61,984 nucleotides of DNA from positions 23,280,351-23,342,334 of the forward strand of contig NC_068990.1 of NCBI RefSeq assembly GCF_001194135.2, read 5' to 3'. A program made the translations under genes and the position numbers. The notes beneath the pieces are model-generated. The model saw only the letters and a list, made by a program, of their open reading frames with translations. It ran no database searches and was not told where the DNA came from. How positions within the stretch are numbered: position 1 is the stretch's first letter; each line of letters opens with the position of its first letter. The DNA comes from Octopus bimaculoides. Lineage: Eukaryota. Positions 13,623 through 26,024 of the stretch are shown here, one piece after another.

Positions 13623-16234
13623 TGCTAGTATCATCAATATAATCAGAGTTCATTACACCAGTTAAATGCTCTGATAAAACTTTATGAGATCACACAGTTT
13701 ATATAGTCGACACATATCTCTACTTGCTGTAACGTTAAACTTACGCGATAATCCATTAAAAGTACATTTTCCATAAAAGCTGGCTGACACAGATTTAAAT
13801 AGTTTGTAGCGAAACTTATAGAAACATCAATACGAAACTTGTACTCATAACCAGTGAGTTGTTAGCTGAATATATCATTCATTTCGACTATGTTACTAAT
13901 ACAGTCAACCGATTTATATATATATATATATATATNNNNNNNNNNNNNNNNNNNNNNNNNNNNNNNNNNNNNNNNNNNNNNNNNNNNNNNNNNNNNNNNN
14001 NNNNNNNNNNNNNNNNNNNNNNNNNNNNNNNNNNNNNNNNNNNNNNNNNNNNNNNNNNNNNNNNNNNNNNNNNNNNNNNNNNNNNNNNNATATCTTTAAT
14101 TTAAATAATCTGACTTTCGTTCTGGGTTCAAATGCTCTCGAGGTCGATAAAATAAGTACAAGTTAAGCACTGGGTCTATGTAATGGACTTTTGCTCTTCA
14201 CCGAAATTGCTGGTCTTGAGTCAAAGTTTGAAACGAATATTAACTGTGAATGTGTATACTTTCTTCGTTGCAGAAGTCAACAAATGTTTAGTATCACCAT
14301 TTACACTACATTCCTTTCTAAAATTGTGGCAGACAGAGGTCCGTTATATCGAAGAAAATTTCTTTATTTGAGATGCTCATTCCTGGCAACTTTTCATAAA
14401 AATGCAATTATGTTTGCGTAGTCTGTCAAAAAAAGAGAGCAAAACGAATAGATATGGTTTCTGTTCTCTTCATTGAAATTGCTGTTTGCATGGCCGGACA
14501 AATAATCGTAAAGTCGGCAATTTAAATCTTGCCGCTACCATTTTGTTGTATCAGAGAATAGGCTGTGCATCTTCAAGATGTCACTGTATTCCAAATAACT
14601 TCTACAAGTTTCTTAACTGTTCGCTATCTCACAATTCTGAATTCAATGTTACTCTTTCGATGGCAGGACCTGGGATAATTAGAGGAAGAATGTTTTGTGC
14701 CTGACTAGGAACTAACCCACACCCATATAGAAGACTACAACCCAGAAGAAATCTGCTTAGTGTGTATGCTTCGTTTCGTTCACGGGAAATTTCAAAAATT
14801 AATTCTTTTTAATAATTGCTCGAGCATAAAATTTTGACCGCCATTACATTGACTCTTTTTGTTTTATTTATTTCTCCGGATCTTTGTATTTATATTTTAT
14901 CGTTCGTGATTTTGATTCACCTAGGTATCGATACACAATATCTTAGAGGTTCTACCTCCAACAAATTGATGTCTTTAACGCATTCTTTTCCCGCTTAACT
15001 GTATGAAATCTAGAGTTTAAAAAACTGTTTATGAAAAGCCTTATCTGGATTTCTATTAAGCCAGACATAACTCCAACGCAACCATGTGACCTTACTGTTG
15101 ATACGGTTGCTTAGACCCCACCTCAGCTTAGATACATCAGCTTTGAGATCAAATACACTCCAGTTACACGAGGTCACTCCCTTCTGTTTTCTGATTAGAG
15201 TATTTAGAACTATAGTATTGACTGAAAGGATAGGTACAAGAATATTGAGAACAGCAAAACATTTATTTATTATGATGTAATTAATATAACATCTTATATC
15301 CAAAGTAATATAAACTTTAAAATAAATAAAACGCACTGAAAACATAATTATCATTGAATTATAACCTTTAATTCATGGTATCATAACAAATGAAATTTAT
15401 TATTTTCCCCATTTCTCGCATTGCCTTGCATTAAAGTTTTTTCTCGTTAATTTCAAAACCAACATTTGTATGATTTAAACAACCTCCAGTTATGAGGATC
15501 ATGAAATAATTTATTCATCTCAAATCATTTTTTTTTTCCAATATGAAAATCCAGTCTAAAACCAAAATATCATTGAAGTCTATTCACGAGGCGGAAGTAA
15601 TTTAGATATAAAGACAGCTGAGGTCTTACTTGAGATTAAACTACATTTTATTATTTGTTCAGCGTCCATTAAGGAGCGGCAAAAGAAAGTGATATTAAGA
15701 TTTCTTCAGATTTTCATCTTATATTTTCTATCATCAGTTGAGTTTTTTAGGTTTGATAACATAGTAGGTGAGATTCTAATATTACTCATGCTACTGTATT
15801 TATTGATCATAGGAATTTTATTTTATAGCATAGAAATATGTTTATTCTTCATTTAAAATGTTAACATATATAACTAAATTAGTAGATCAGTTAAATAATT
15901 CATGTTCACTGCATATATTTCTCCTGGTAAAAAAAAATGCTTTTCTTGTCTTTTCAAAGGAAATCAAAATAGTATTGAATCTGCAATGGGTAAATAAATA
16001 TAACAACTGTTTTGAATAAATGTTAGGCGGCTTTGCAGTTTGTTTCTCCTTATCTGTGCTGCAAGATTCATATCCCTTAAAAACTACAACCGTTGCTACT
16101 ATATTGGCTAACAGAGTATTGTTGTAAACAGTTAATGAGAGAACTGCAAAACCCAAATCTTTTCGTCCAGTTCCCACTCAAATCTAATCGAGGATATAGT
16201 TTAGAGACGCCTTGTCTATAGGTCTCTTAGCTGT

Positions 16235-16500
16235 TAGATCCTACAGTGCTGTTAGCACAACGGGCAGCGAGCCTTTTCCGGTCATCTCGATTGCTTGCAC
16301 TCCTCCCAGCTCCTCTCAGGCCAACTCCCATCGCAACCATGTCGTCCCGAAAGGTACTGCGCTATCTTTTCCTTGGTTTTCATCTCAGACTTTCTCTCTA
16401 CCGCACTCGTGTCCACTTCATCACGATAGTGCCATGTCTTTCCTGCTCTAATCGAAACACATGGCCAGTAAACCTTATCCTTCATGTAGTCCTGCTCTTC
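16235..16500 (-). mobile_element. Degenerate RTE-clade LINE 3' end
   Basis: Minus translation with stops: RIRFTGHVFRLEQERHGTIVMKWT...KPRKR*RSTFRDDMVAMGVGLRGAGRSASNRDDRKRLAARCA. Confidence 0.72.
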
Positions 16501-16539
16501 ACAGAACTTGCTTCTTCTCTGCCTGGTCTTCTCATCAAA

Positions 16540-16850
16540 TAGTCTAGTCAAATGTTAATGGATTTATCTGCAGAGGTCTAGATTCACATCAAAGGTCTAG
16601 GTTATACATTAATAAATACATCTACAGGGACTGTGTCTTAAGATCAATAGGTCTATTCAAGCATTAATAGATAAATCTAAAGAGGGAGTGTCTTAAAAGT
16701 CTAGTCGCACATAATCGCTACATCGAAAGAATCCTCGTCTTAAAGCTAAAAGATTTGGTCATACATAAATAAATACATCTTCAAAAGTACTGTATTAAAA
16801 ATGTAGTCATACATTAACAGATACGCTAGAGAGGCTGTAGCTTAAAATTA
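16540..16850. repeat. Old degenerate tandem array, about 50-bp unit, about 6 copies
   Basis: Recurring frame AGTCTAGTCA.ACATTAAT...TACATCT...GTGTCTTAAA with unit lengths of about 47-56 nt. Confidence 0.6.
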
Positions 16851-17270
16851 ATAGTTCTGTTCATCACAAACTTATACATACACCTAAGACAGGTAATAGA
16901 ATGCAATTCATTTCATAACATTTTATCTTTGTGTATCTACAAAAGTCCTACAGGGATAGACATAATCGAGTCGATAGTTATAAGGCCGACAGTTGCTTAC
17001 CTGTTAAAACTCAGTGATTTTTTTTCTTTTGATTGTGACCAAGACAACTTTCAAATATCAAACAATGGTTTGTAGATGTGTAACGGCGCAATGTAGAGAC
17101 TACTCATCTTTTAGGAAGAAGCAAGTACTGTGAAGTGATCTGATTAAAAACACGGTGGTATTTTTGTTACGACAGGATGTAATATTGCATAGTCCATTGA
17201 GGTGAAAGCGCTTTCAGGGAAGAATTTGGTCTCCGTGTAGTATTTTCTAAACTATATAGAAAATGTCAGC

Positions 17271-17444
17271 ATAGGCGCAGGAGTGGCTGTGTGGTAAGTA
17301 GCTTGGTTACCAACCACATGGTTCCGGGTTCAGTTCCACTGCGTGGCACCTTGACCAAGTGTCCTCTACTACAGCCATTGGTCGACCAAAGCCTTGTGAG
17401 TGGATTTGGTAGACGGAAACTGAAAGAAACCCGTCGTATATATG

Positions 17445-17492
<48 letters not shown>

Positions 17493-17672
17493 TCCCCCCA
17501 ACGTCGTTTGACGTCCCCGTAACTTAGCGGTTCAGCAAAAGAGACCGATAGAATAAGTACTAGCCTTACAAAGAATAAGTCCTGGGGTAGATTTGCTCGA
17601 CTAAAGGCGGTGCTCTAGCATGGCCGCAGTCAAATGACTGAAGCAAGTAAAAGAGAGTAAAGAGTAAAGAGT
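17271..17672 (+). mobile_element. SINE family A, full length
   Basis: Same head, body and tail as 6632-7030. Confidence 0.85.
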
Positions 17673-18884
17673 ATAGCCCAACAATAGTGTTGCTACCACC
17701 GTGACAAGACCTGTTTGTTGTTCTTGCGGTATACTCTGATAAGACAGTTCTGTAAATTTTCAGACTCGGCTTCTTTTGAAAGTAGTACGGTCTTGTTTGA
17801 AGGAGAATTGAATTCTGTTTTCTAATAGTTTAAAGGATCTTGTAAAATCTTAATATGCCGATGATAGAACTTCGACGTACTTCGATGCACTTATACAACC
17901 TGCTAGAAACAACAACCAAATTTATCTCAAATACTCCTTTAGAGAAAGAAGAGTCGAGTCACATGGATAACTATAGGCCCATGCATCCGCAACAAGACAG
18001 AGTTGAAGTGCTCTTGATCGTGCGTCAACTGGTACAGGGTTGACAAGAAATGAAATGAGATCAATAACTCGCGAAATTTATTGGAATGCATTATTTAAAG
18101 TCATTGCTATGTAATTTGTTTAAAGGTAAGTGATTTATGGTCTTTTGAATGTGTCATAGTCACTGCTTAGTATCAACTGTAAGAGTAGAATAGTAAGCCA
18201 TTTGATAAACAGTTCTGTACCACTTCGTCTAACCCAGATGCAACGTCTGTGGGCAGATTAGAGTAGCATACATTTCATACGTTCAGTAACACTGTCTTGT
18301 AGTTGGAGATGGCTGCGATGGTATGCCGTTAAAACAGCCATTTACACAGTGTGAAATTTTAGATGAAACACATGAAAGACAAATTTACATTTCTGTTTGC
18401 TGTTGTTGATTAAATTTATGTCAACAATAAATTTAAATGAAACTATATCATGCAAAATCAATAAAATTCATTAATTACAAACTTCAATTTTTGTAATTAT
18501 TAATGCATATTCTTCTGAAGCTATTTACTTGTTTATCGTTTATATTACTATCATACTGATTATCGATTTCATATCGATAACCAATTTTATAATCCTTTGT
18601 CGTATTCTGCAAGCCCGAAAGGCGAAACGATCAAGTATAGGATTTCAGGTCTAAACGAAGATGAACGAATGTAATCATGGTGTTGCATTTAATGCCATCT
18701 GTTGAGAATTGTACAGACTTTCTGTTCATGAAGATAATGCATATAGGGGCACTGTATTACACCTGTCTAGATACAGAGTGTTGTCTAATATCTGTAGATA
18801 GTCTCTACTAAATATTAGCTTTTAAAACAAATCGCTCTTAATGTACATGTGACTCTTCTTGTGACAGTAACGTATACTATAAAG

Positions 18885-19109
18885 CAGTGGTTCTCAGTCA
18901 GGGTCCCCATATGGTCCTTAAGGTCCATGTGGCCATTAGTTGTCCAGATAAGATTTTACCTTTCTAGAATATACAAAATATTTTAATTTTTTGTACAATT
19001 CCTAATCATGCCGAATAATAAAAATACAATAGGAATTTTTTTATATCAATCGAATGCTTATGGAGGTCAAGTGGAGTCAAATAGGAACCAAATTGGTCGA
19101 GAACCACTG
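18885..19109. mobile_element. hAT (Charlie-like) MITE
   Basis: Terminal inverted repeats CAGTGGTTCTC / GAGAACCACTG; a matching isolated right end occurs at about 60537-60551. The TSD is not clean. Confidence 0.6.
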
Positions 19110-19366
19110 CCCCATAGTATCATGGTCATTTATTTCACATCCACAGAGAGTAGGTTTACTGATATTCTGACCCTCTTTTGTCATTGCATCAAACTATATC
19201 AACAATATGTCTGATGGTATACTTTATTATATTTCAGAGTTAATTGTACTTTTTAGTCAAGGGATTTGTTCTAAAACTGTTTGTTGATACTGAAGTCAAA
19301 ACTACCATTCGATACGCGCATCTAAAGCCATATTTATAAGAATTATTTATACTCATTTTATACATA

Positions 19367-19400
<34 letters not shown>

Positions 19401-19405
<5 letters not shown>

Positions 19406-19925
19406 TATTAACATTTGACGGATATTTGTCTTCATCTTGTTTGTTGTTAACACAACGTTTCGCTTGATATACCCTCCAGCCTTCATCAGGTGTCTTGGGT
19501 TCTAATCCCTCAGGTATTTTTCGATGTTATTCTTATTATTATTATTCAGGTCACTGCCTGGAATCAAACTCGGAATCTTGGGGTTAGTAGCCCCGCGCTC
19601 TTAACCACTACATATATGCCCGTGGGCAATTATGGAGTGAATTTTAGGGCTTATAAATCTAATATTTTCCTGTCCTTCCTTAATACCGGTTACCATATGC
19701 TATTCATATCTTCACTCGGTCTGCTTAGGAGGTTGTTGTGTCCTGCCACATGTGATGCTTCATAAAGTTTTCGTATTTTCCAGTGGTGTTCTCTGTCTAT
19801 TATTTTAACTTCATCCCATATGGGGAGGTGGTCTCCGTTTTTCCATACATGATCAGCTATAGCCGAAACGTTGTGTTAACAACAACAAAAATGAGGACAA
19901 ATATCTGTCAAATGTAAATAATGTA
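19401..19925 (-). mobile_element. Penelope-like element 3' end (GIY-YIG C-terminus) with inverted terminal repeat copies
   Basis: Minus 19851-19651 translates to HVWKNGDHLPIWDEVKIIDREHHWKIRKLYEASHVAGHNNLLSRPSEDMNSIW*PVLRK, typical of the Penelope GIY-YIG C-terminus. Arms of about 68 bp at 19401-19470 and 19858-19925 are inverted copies, flanked by (TA)n. Confidence 0.85.
19449..19494 (-). ncRNA. Minimal type-I hammerhead ribozyme motif in the Penelope terminal repeat
   Basis: Minus strand reads GACAC-CUGAUGA-A-GGCUG-gaggguauau-CAAGC-GAAA-C-GUU-GUGUU. Stem I is GACAC/GUGUU, the core is intact, helix III is the loopless palindrome AACGUU, and the predicted cut is after GUU (19454/19453). Stem II is partly mutated in this copy. 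Confidence 0.72.
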
Positions 19926-21311
19926 CATATATATATAATGTACATATATATATATACTGGCTACTCTCTTTAGAGAGTCAAGGGATTAAGTAAATAACTT
20001 CCTAACCATTAAAAAGATTACAATATCCACTATAAAATCTGATCACTTGATTGGAACAAATCCAACTGTTCCCCCTTTTCATTTTGTTCTCAGAGATTAT
20101 ATAGAGGCAAGATGTTTACATTTGTCTGTACAGAGGGAATAGAATTGGTTAAAAGCCAATAGAAATATTCTGTAGTACTAATATTGTAAATTAAAGCAAA
20201 GGTAAATATAGCAATATTTATCACTGTCATCTCTCTTCCATGTTGTAACTGTTTCTTAAATAATATTTATTAGTTATTATATTACTTTAATGCAAGTTAG
20301 ATAGATTGAAGCGTTTGTTTAATTAATTATGAAATCAATAACACGTTTTTTTTCTTTACTTCAGCAGAACCTTGTTCTAAGAGAATATTATCCCATGGTA
20401 ACACTGAGCTCACCAATACATGCTATCGAAGCAGCCGTTTAATTATAAAGTATTTATCACGTCTGTGAACAAAAGTATGTTGTGTGTGTGTGTGTTCCTC
20501 ATACATAATTGCAGCTCAATGGCCGAGGCTAACATAAAAATAAAACGCTGCTGACGTAATATAGCTATCTGTAACTACCTATCGATACGGTTATCTGAAA
20601 TTTTCATTCATTAACCAAACTTAATTATTAAAACATTCAATCGTTTGATCGATATTTATCCTTTTTGAAGCGGCATTTTTTTTTTTTAAGTGAGCGTCAT
20701 TTAACTTTATTATTTTTTTGAAATATCGTATTTCAATGAAAGATTTTTTTTTAAATGAAACAATTCTTATCAAAAAACTTCTGTTTTTTCTTTTTCTCTT
20801 TCTTTCTTTCCTTGTTTTATTTATTTATCTGGGATTTTTTTTTGTTTTTTGCTTACATTTCTTGTAAAGTGAAAACGCACACAAGACTATCCATGAAACT
20901 TTTATAATGTATAACATAGTATACTTATTTTGTTTTCTAAAATTAGTGACACGCGAGTATAAAGAATGTGTTACACTTTCGGAAGCAGACAACAAATTCA
21001 ACGAGATTTTTCACTAATAGAAGCATGAAGAAATTACATTAAATTAGTCATACTTTCCTCATTCAATGCATTAATTAATGAAGGCGGTGAGCTGGCACAA
21101 ACGTTATCACGCCGGGCGAAATGCTTAGAGGTATTTCGTCTATCTTTACGTCCTGAGCTCAAGTTTCAGCGATGTCCACTTTGCCTTTCATCTTTGCGGG
21201 GTCAATAAACTAAGTGCCAGTTGCGTACTAGAGTCGATATAATCGACAGGCCCTCCCCCACAAAAATGTCTGGCCTTGTGCATAGAGTAGAAAAGAATAC
21301 ATTAAGTTAAT

Positions 21312-21529
21312 GAAGGCAGCGAGCTGGCAGAAACGTTAGCATGCCGGGCGAAATGCTTAGCGGTATTTCGTCTGCCGCTACGTTTTGAGTTCAAATTCCG
21401 CCGAGGTCGACTTTGCCTTTCATCCTTTCGGGGTCGATTAATTAAGTACCAGTTGCATACTGAGGTCGATCTAATCAACTGGCCTTTTCCCCAAAAATTT
21501 CGGGCCTTATGCTGAGAGTACAAAAGAAT
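21312..21529 (+). mobile_element. SINE family B (tRNA head plus Deu/Nin-like central domain), near-consensus copy with TSD
   Basis: AAGGCAGCGAGCTGGCAGAAACGTTAGC...GAGTTCAAATTCC...GTCGACTTTGCCTTTCATCCTTTCGGGGTCGAT; direct repeat ACATTAAGTT at 21299-21308 and 21530-21539. The Deu/Nin assignment is from memory of that motif. About 20 other copies occur in the window (e.g. 10948, 21075, 21850, 30940, 35205, 43325, 43545, 50170, 52540). Confidence 0.8.
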
Positions 21530-23166
21530 ACATTAAGTTGAAATTCCGTGTCTGTTTGCAGATCTTCATTCTGCATTCTGAGGTTAATAAAATAACAGCA
21601 ACATCATATAATAGATTAATTCTTTCTACACAAAGCACAAGACCTGAAATTTTATGGGAGGGAGCTAGTCGAATACATCGACCCCAGGACTCTTCTAGGA
21701 CTTGTTTTATCGACACTGAAAGAATGACTGGCAAAGTCGACCTCGGTAGAATTTTCACTCGGAACGTAGTGATGTACGAAATATCACTAAGTCATCTGCT
21801 GACTTGCCGTCTTCATATGTAGTAGATTAAAGATCCTTCTTACTACAGGCAGAAAGGCCTGAAATTTGGGGGAGGGAGATAGTCGATTACATCGAACCCC
21901 CCCCCCCGTACTCAGCTGGTACATATTTTATCAACCCCGAAAGGATCAAAGGCAAAATCGACCTCGGCAGAGTTTGAACTCAGAACGTAGATAAACGAAA
22001 CACCACTATGCATTCTGCCGACTCGCCGTTTTCAAATGTAGTAGATTTATAATGATTAGCTATATCCTTAAAACTCAAATCTATGATTTTACATCGAATA
22101 TATCAATATTAATTTCTATTTATATTATATTAATTATGATATATTTACATTATCTGATGTAAATTCGTAATTAAAAAATTTCACGCTATTAATGCCTATA
22201 AAATTAATTGCTGTTTATCAGTCAATACATTTCAGACTAATTTTAGTGTTGATGTGAAATAACTCTTAGCAAAAGGCTGTGATTAAGGAATTCGCGATGC
22301 TAGAATGTGCTTACAAGTTCGATCGTACAGCGGGACACCTTGGACAAGTGCCAATCGAGGGTTTTACCAAAGTCTTGTGAATGAACATTTGTGTTTTAAA
22401 CGGTAAAGAAATCCCGCAGGATGTGTGACAAAAAGAGATAACATTTCTACTCTCTGTAAGCGGCTGCATAAAATAATCCGTGTAGAGTTTTTTTTTTACT
22501 CTTCTCTACTATTTACAAAGTTTACAACGTCGGGCATAATCTGAAGATTGCGTGAAGGTACGAGACGTGTTATAAAAGGCTATCTGAGTCACTTGCATTA
22601 CATGAAACTATTAGTAGCTCATAAAAATATATTCTGTGTTTATTAAATAATATTTATCTCTAACCAGATGGAATACTTTTTCGTTGATCTTTCCTTCACA
22701 GAACAGTATNNNNNNNNNNNNNNNNNNNNNNNNNNNNNNNNNNNNNNNNNNNNNNNNNNNNNNNNNNNNNNNNNNNNNNNNNNNNNNNNNNNNNNNNNNN
22801 NNNNNNNNNNNNNNNNNNNNNNNNNNNNNNNNNNNNNNNNNNNNNNNNNNNNNNNNNNNNNNNNNNNNNNNNNNNNNNNNNNNNNNNNNNNNNNNNNNNN
22901 NNNNNNNNNNNNNNNNNNNNNNNNNNNNNNNNNNNNNNNNNNNNNNNNNNNNNNNNNNNNNNNNNNNNNNNNNNNNNNNNNNNNNNNNNNNNNNNNNNNN
23001 NNNNNNNNNNNNNNNNNNNNNNNNNNNNNNNNNNNNNNNNNNNNNNNNNNNNNNNNNNNNNNNNNNNNNNNNNNNNNNNNNNNNNNNNNNNNNNNNNNNN
23101 NNNNNNNNNNNNNNNNNNNNNNNNNNNNNNNNNNNNNNNNNNNNNNNNNNNNNNNNNNNNNNNNNN

Positions 23167-23201
<35 letters not shown>

Positions 23202-26024
23202 ATAAATTTATACAAATCTGTATGTATCGATGGATGCATGCATGTATTTATGTTGAGGCGCTGGCGTAGCTGCAGCGCTGAGAAGCTTACTTCTCAAATG
23301 TACCCTTTAAGTGTAGATTTAAAGTTATGCGAGTCTGTGGAGTGCTCATCCACTTGCACGTTAATTTTACGTGCGTGCTCTTTAGTTGCTCGGATTAAAT
23401 GAAATCCTGGTGGTTGTAACCGATGGAGTATCGATTTTGTTTTCATAAATGGGATTTTGCATAGAAATCTCACGAAGTAGCATTTTTACCTATTTCAAAG
23501 ACAGAGATCATGTTCATGACCTTTGCAGGCCTTCCATAGCCGATTAGAACGATGTCATTTCTTCTTATAAACGAAATTAAAACCTAATTAACACAAGCAA
23601 CGATAAAACTCACCATGGTAACTTGATATGCTAAAAGTTTGTTTACTTTGTACTTTCACCCAGAGTCACCTGGACACCCAGGGCGTGTTTTATCATAAAT
23701 TTGCTCCATTGGGTTTAATCGAGAGGGAAAATATTCCTTTCTACTATAGACGCAAGGCCAAAATTTTTGCGGGAGGCGAAGTGCTTAATCGATTACATCG
23801 TCTCCAGTAATCAACTGGTGCTTATTTTAACGATTCTGAAAGTATGAAAGGCAAAGTCGATTCCGGTGAAATTTGAACTCAGAACGTAAAGTCGGAACAA
23901 ATACCACAAATCATTTTTCCCGGCGTGTTAACGATTCTGCCAGCTCGATACATTTTATTTCGTTTTGTTTTTTTTTGTTTTTGTTTTTTTTCGAGGTTAG
24001 ATTATTGGTTTCAAAGTTTATTGCATCAACCCCAGTGCTCAAATGTTACGCGTCTTAGCGACCTCCGAAAGGATGAAAGGCAAGGTTTGCCATTTAGGCG
24101 GTGAGCTAACGATTGTGCCAGTTCACTGCATTTAATCGGAGGTAAAATATTGATTTTAAAATTTTGGCACTAGGCCAGCAATTGCGGGGTGGGTGCTCAG
24201 CTGAGTACTTCGACACCAGTACTTGAATGGTATTTATTTCATCGACCCCAAAAGAAGGAAAAGCAAAGTCTACCTCTGCGGAATTTGAAATCGGAAAGTA
24301 AAGATGAACGACATGTCGCTAAGCATTTTGTTCGGCGTTCTAACGATTCTGCAAGCTTGACGCCTTTTTTTTTTTTTTACAGGGCTAAAATATTTATTTC
24401 TTTATTGCCCACAGGGGCCCAAAAACATAGAGGGGAAAAACAAGGGATTAAGTCGATAACATCGACCCCAGTGCGTAACTGGTACTTATTTCATCTACCC
24501 CGAAATGATGAAAGGCAAAGTCGACCTCGGTGGAATTCGAACTGAGAACATAAANNNNNNNNNNNNNNNNNNNNNNNNNNNNNNNNNNNNNNNNNNNNNN
24601 NNNNNNNNNNNNNNNNNNNNNNNNNNNNNNNNNNNNNNNNNNNNNNNNNNNNNNNNNNNNNNNNNNNNNNNNNNNNNNNNNNNNNNNNNNNNNNNNNNNN
24701 NNNNNNNNNNNNNNNNNNNNNNNNNNNNNNNNNNNNNNNNNNNNNNNNNNNNNNNNNNNNNNNNNNNNNNNNNNNNNNNNNNNNNNNNNNNNNNNNNNNN
24801 NNNNNNNNNNNNNNNNNNNNNNNNNNNNNNNNNNNNNNNNNNNNNNNNNNNNNNNNNNNNNNNNNNNNNNNNNNNNNNNNNNNNNNNNNNNNNNNNNNNN
24901 NNNNNNNNNNNNNNNNNNNNNNNNNNNNNNNNNNNNNNNNNNNNNNNNNNNNNNNNNNNNNNNNNNNNNNNNNNNNNNNNNNNNNNNNNNNNNNNNNNNN
25001 NNNNNNNNNNNNNNNNNNNNNNNNNNNNNNNNNNNNNNNNNNNNNNNNNNNNNNNNNNNNNNNNNNNNNNNNNNNNNNNNNNNNNNNNNNNNNNNNNNNN
25101 NNNNNNNNNNNNNNNNNNNNNNNNNNNNNNNNNNNNNNNNNNNNNNNNNNNNNNNNNNNNNNNNNATATATAGTTGGAATTTACAAAATACAAAAGACGA
25201 AGACAGGTGTATAAACAACAAACAGGCGTATTAGTTTAACGCTCGGGAATGTGAGTAAGTCTTTTACGTTTCGGGCCTACGCTCTTTGACAGAAAGGAAC
25301 GCGAGAAAATAAACAGAGAGAGAAAATAAAAAAAGAAAGCTTTAGCAGCTAGCGGTCAATCATCGCGATGGCCGAGTTGTATTTATGTCCTAATGCAGCT
25401 CGTTTCACAACGAAGGCAAACTAAATATATTCAATATTAGTAAACTTTCATATAAGTTGTCTTATTGCTTTGAATTATACTTTGTTTTAAACGTTTTACT
25501 CAGACCGATTTTTTTCTGAAATGTCATCTTGATTATTAGTCATATAAGAAATGAAATGAAATGAAACAGAAACAATAGCAGAAACAGAATAAGGAATCTC
25601 ATTTGAGATAATAGAATTGGTGGTGTTCAGAGAATAATCGGAAGTGACAGATAAGCAAATAAAAGCTCATTAGTGGACTTGTTGCTTTTTGTGTTTCAAA
25701 TTGGTGTTTTTAATTTCTCATTACTTTTGGAAACTCTATTTCCCACTTGTCTCTGGAGAAAAATATAACTTCAATTCATTCAGTTGAAATAACATTAGTT
25801 TCAAATTTTGGCACAAGGCCAGTAATTTTGGGTAAGTCGATTATATCGACTCCAGTGATCAACATGTGCTTATTTTAGAGACCCCGAATGGATGAAAGGC
25901 TAGGTCAGCCTCAGCGGAATTTGAACTCAGAACGTGAAAACGAACGAGATACCGCTGATGCATTTTGTCCGGTGTACTAACGATTCTGCCAGCTATCACC
26001 TCCTCTAGAGCAATATTCTTTTCT

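Noticed and set aside
14486-14704. 72-aa ORF with faint transposase-like flavour (GNLNLAATILL)
   Set aside because: No diagnostic motif that I can support.
17853-17985. YADD motif suggesting a reverse transcriptase relic
   Set aside because: It is preceded by a stop and the flanking residues fit RT consensus poorly.
18606-18640. CTGCAAGCCCGAAAGGCGAAAC, resembling hammerhead stem II plus GAAAC
   Set aside because: No CUGAnGA core, no NUH triplet and no stem I pairing.
19546-19621. Functional tRNA gene (also the heads of SINE families A-D)
   Set aside because: Decayed boxes, a non-standard ACT anticodon and a repeat context indicate tRNA-derived heads, not tRNA genes.
20365-20475. Exon-like segment with a strong acceptor and a GTATGT donor
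   Set aside because: All three frames contain a stop before the donor and there is no recognisable peptide; it could only be a non-coding exon, which I cannot support.
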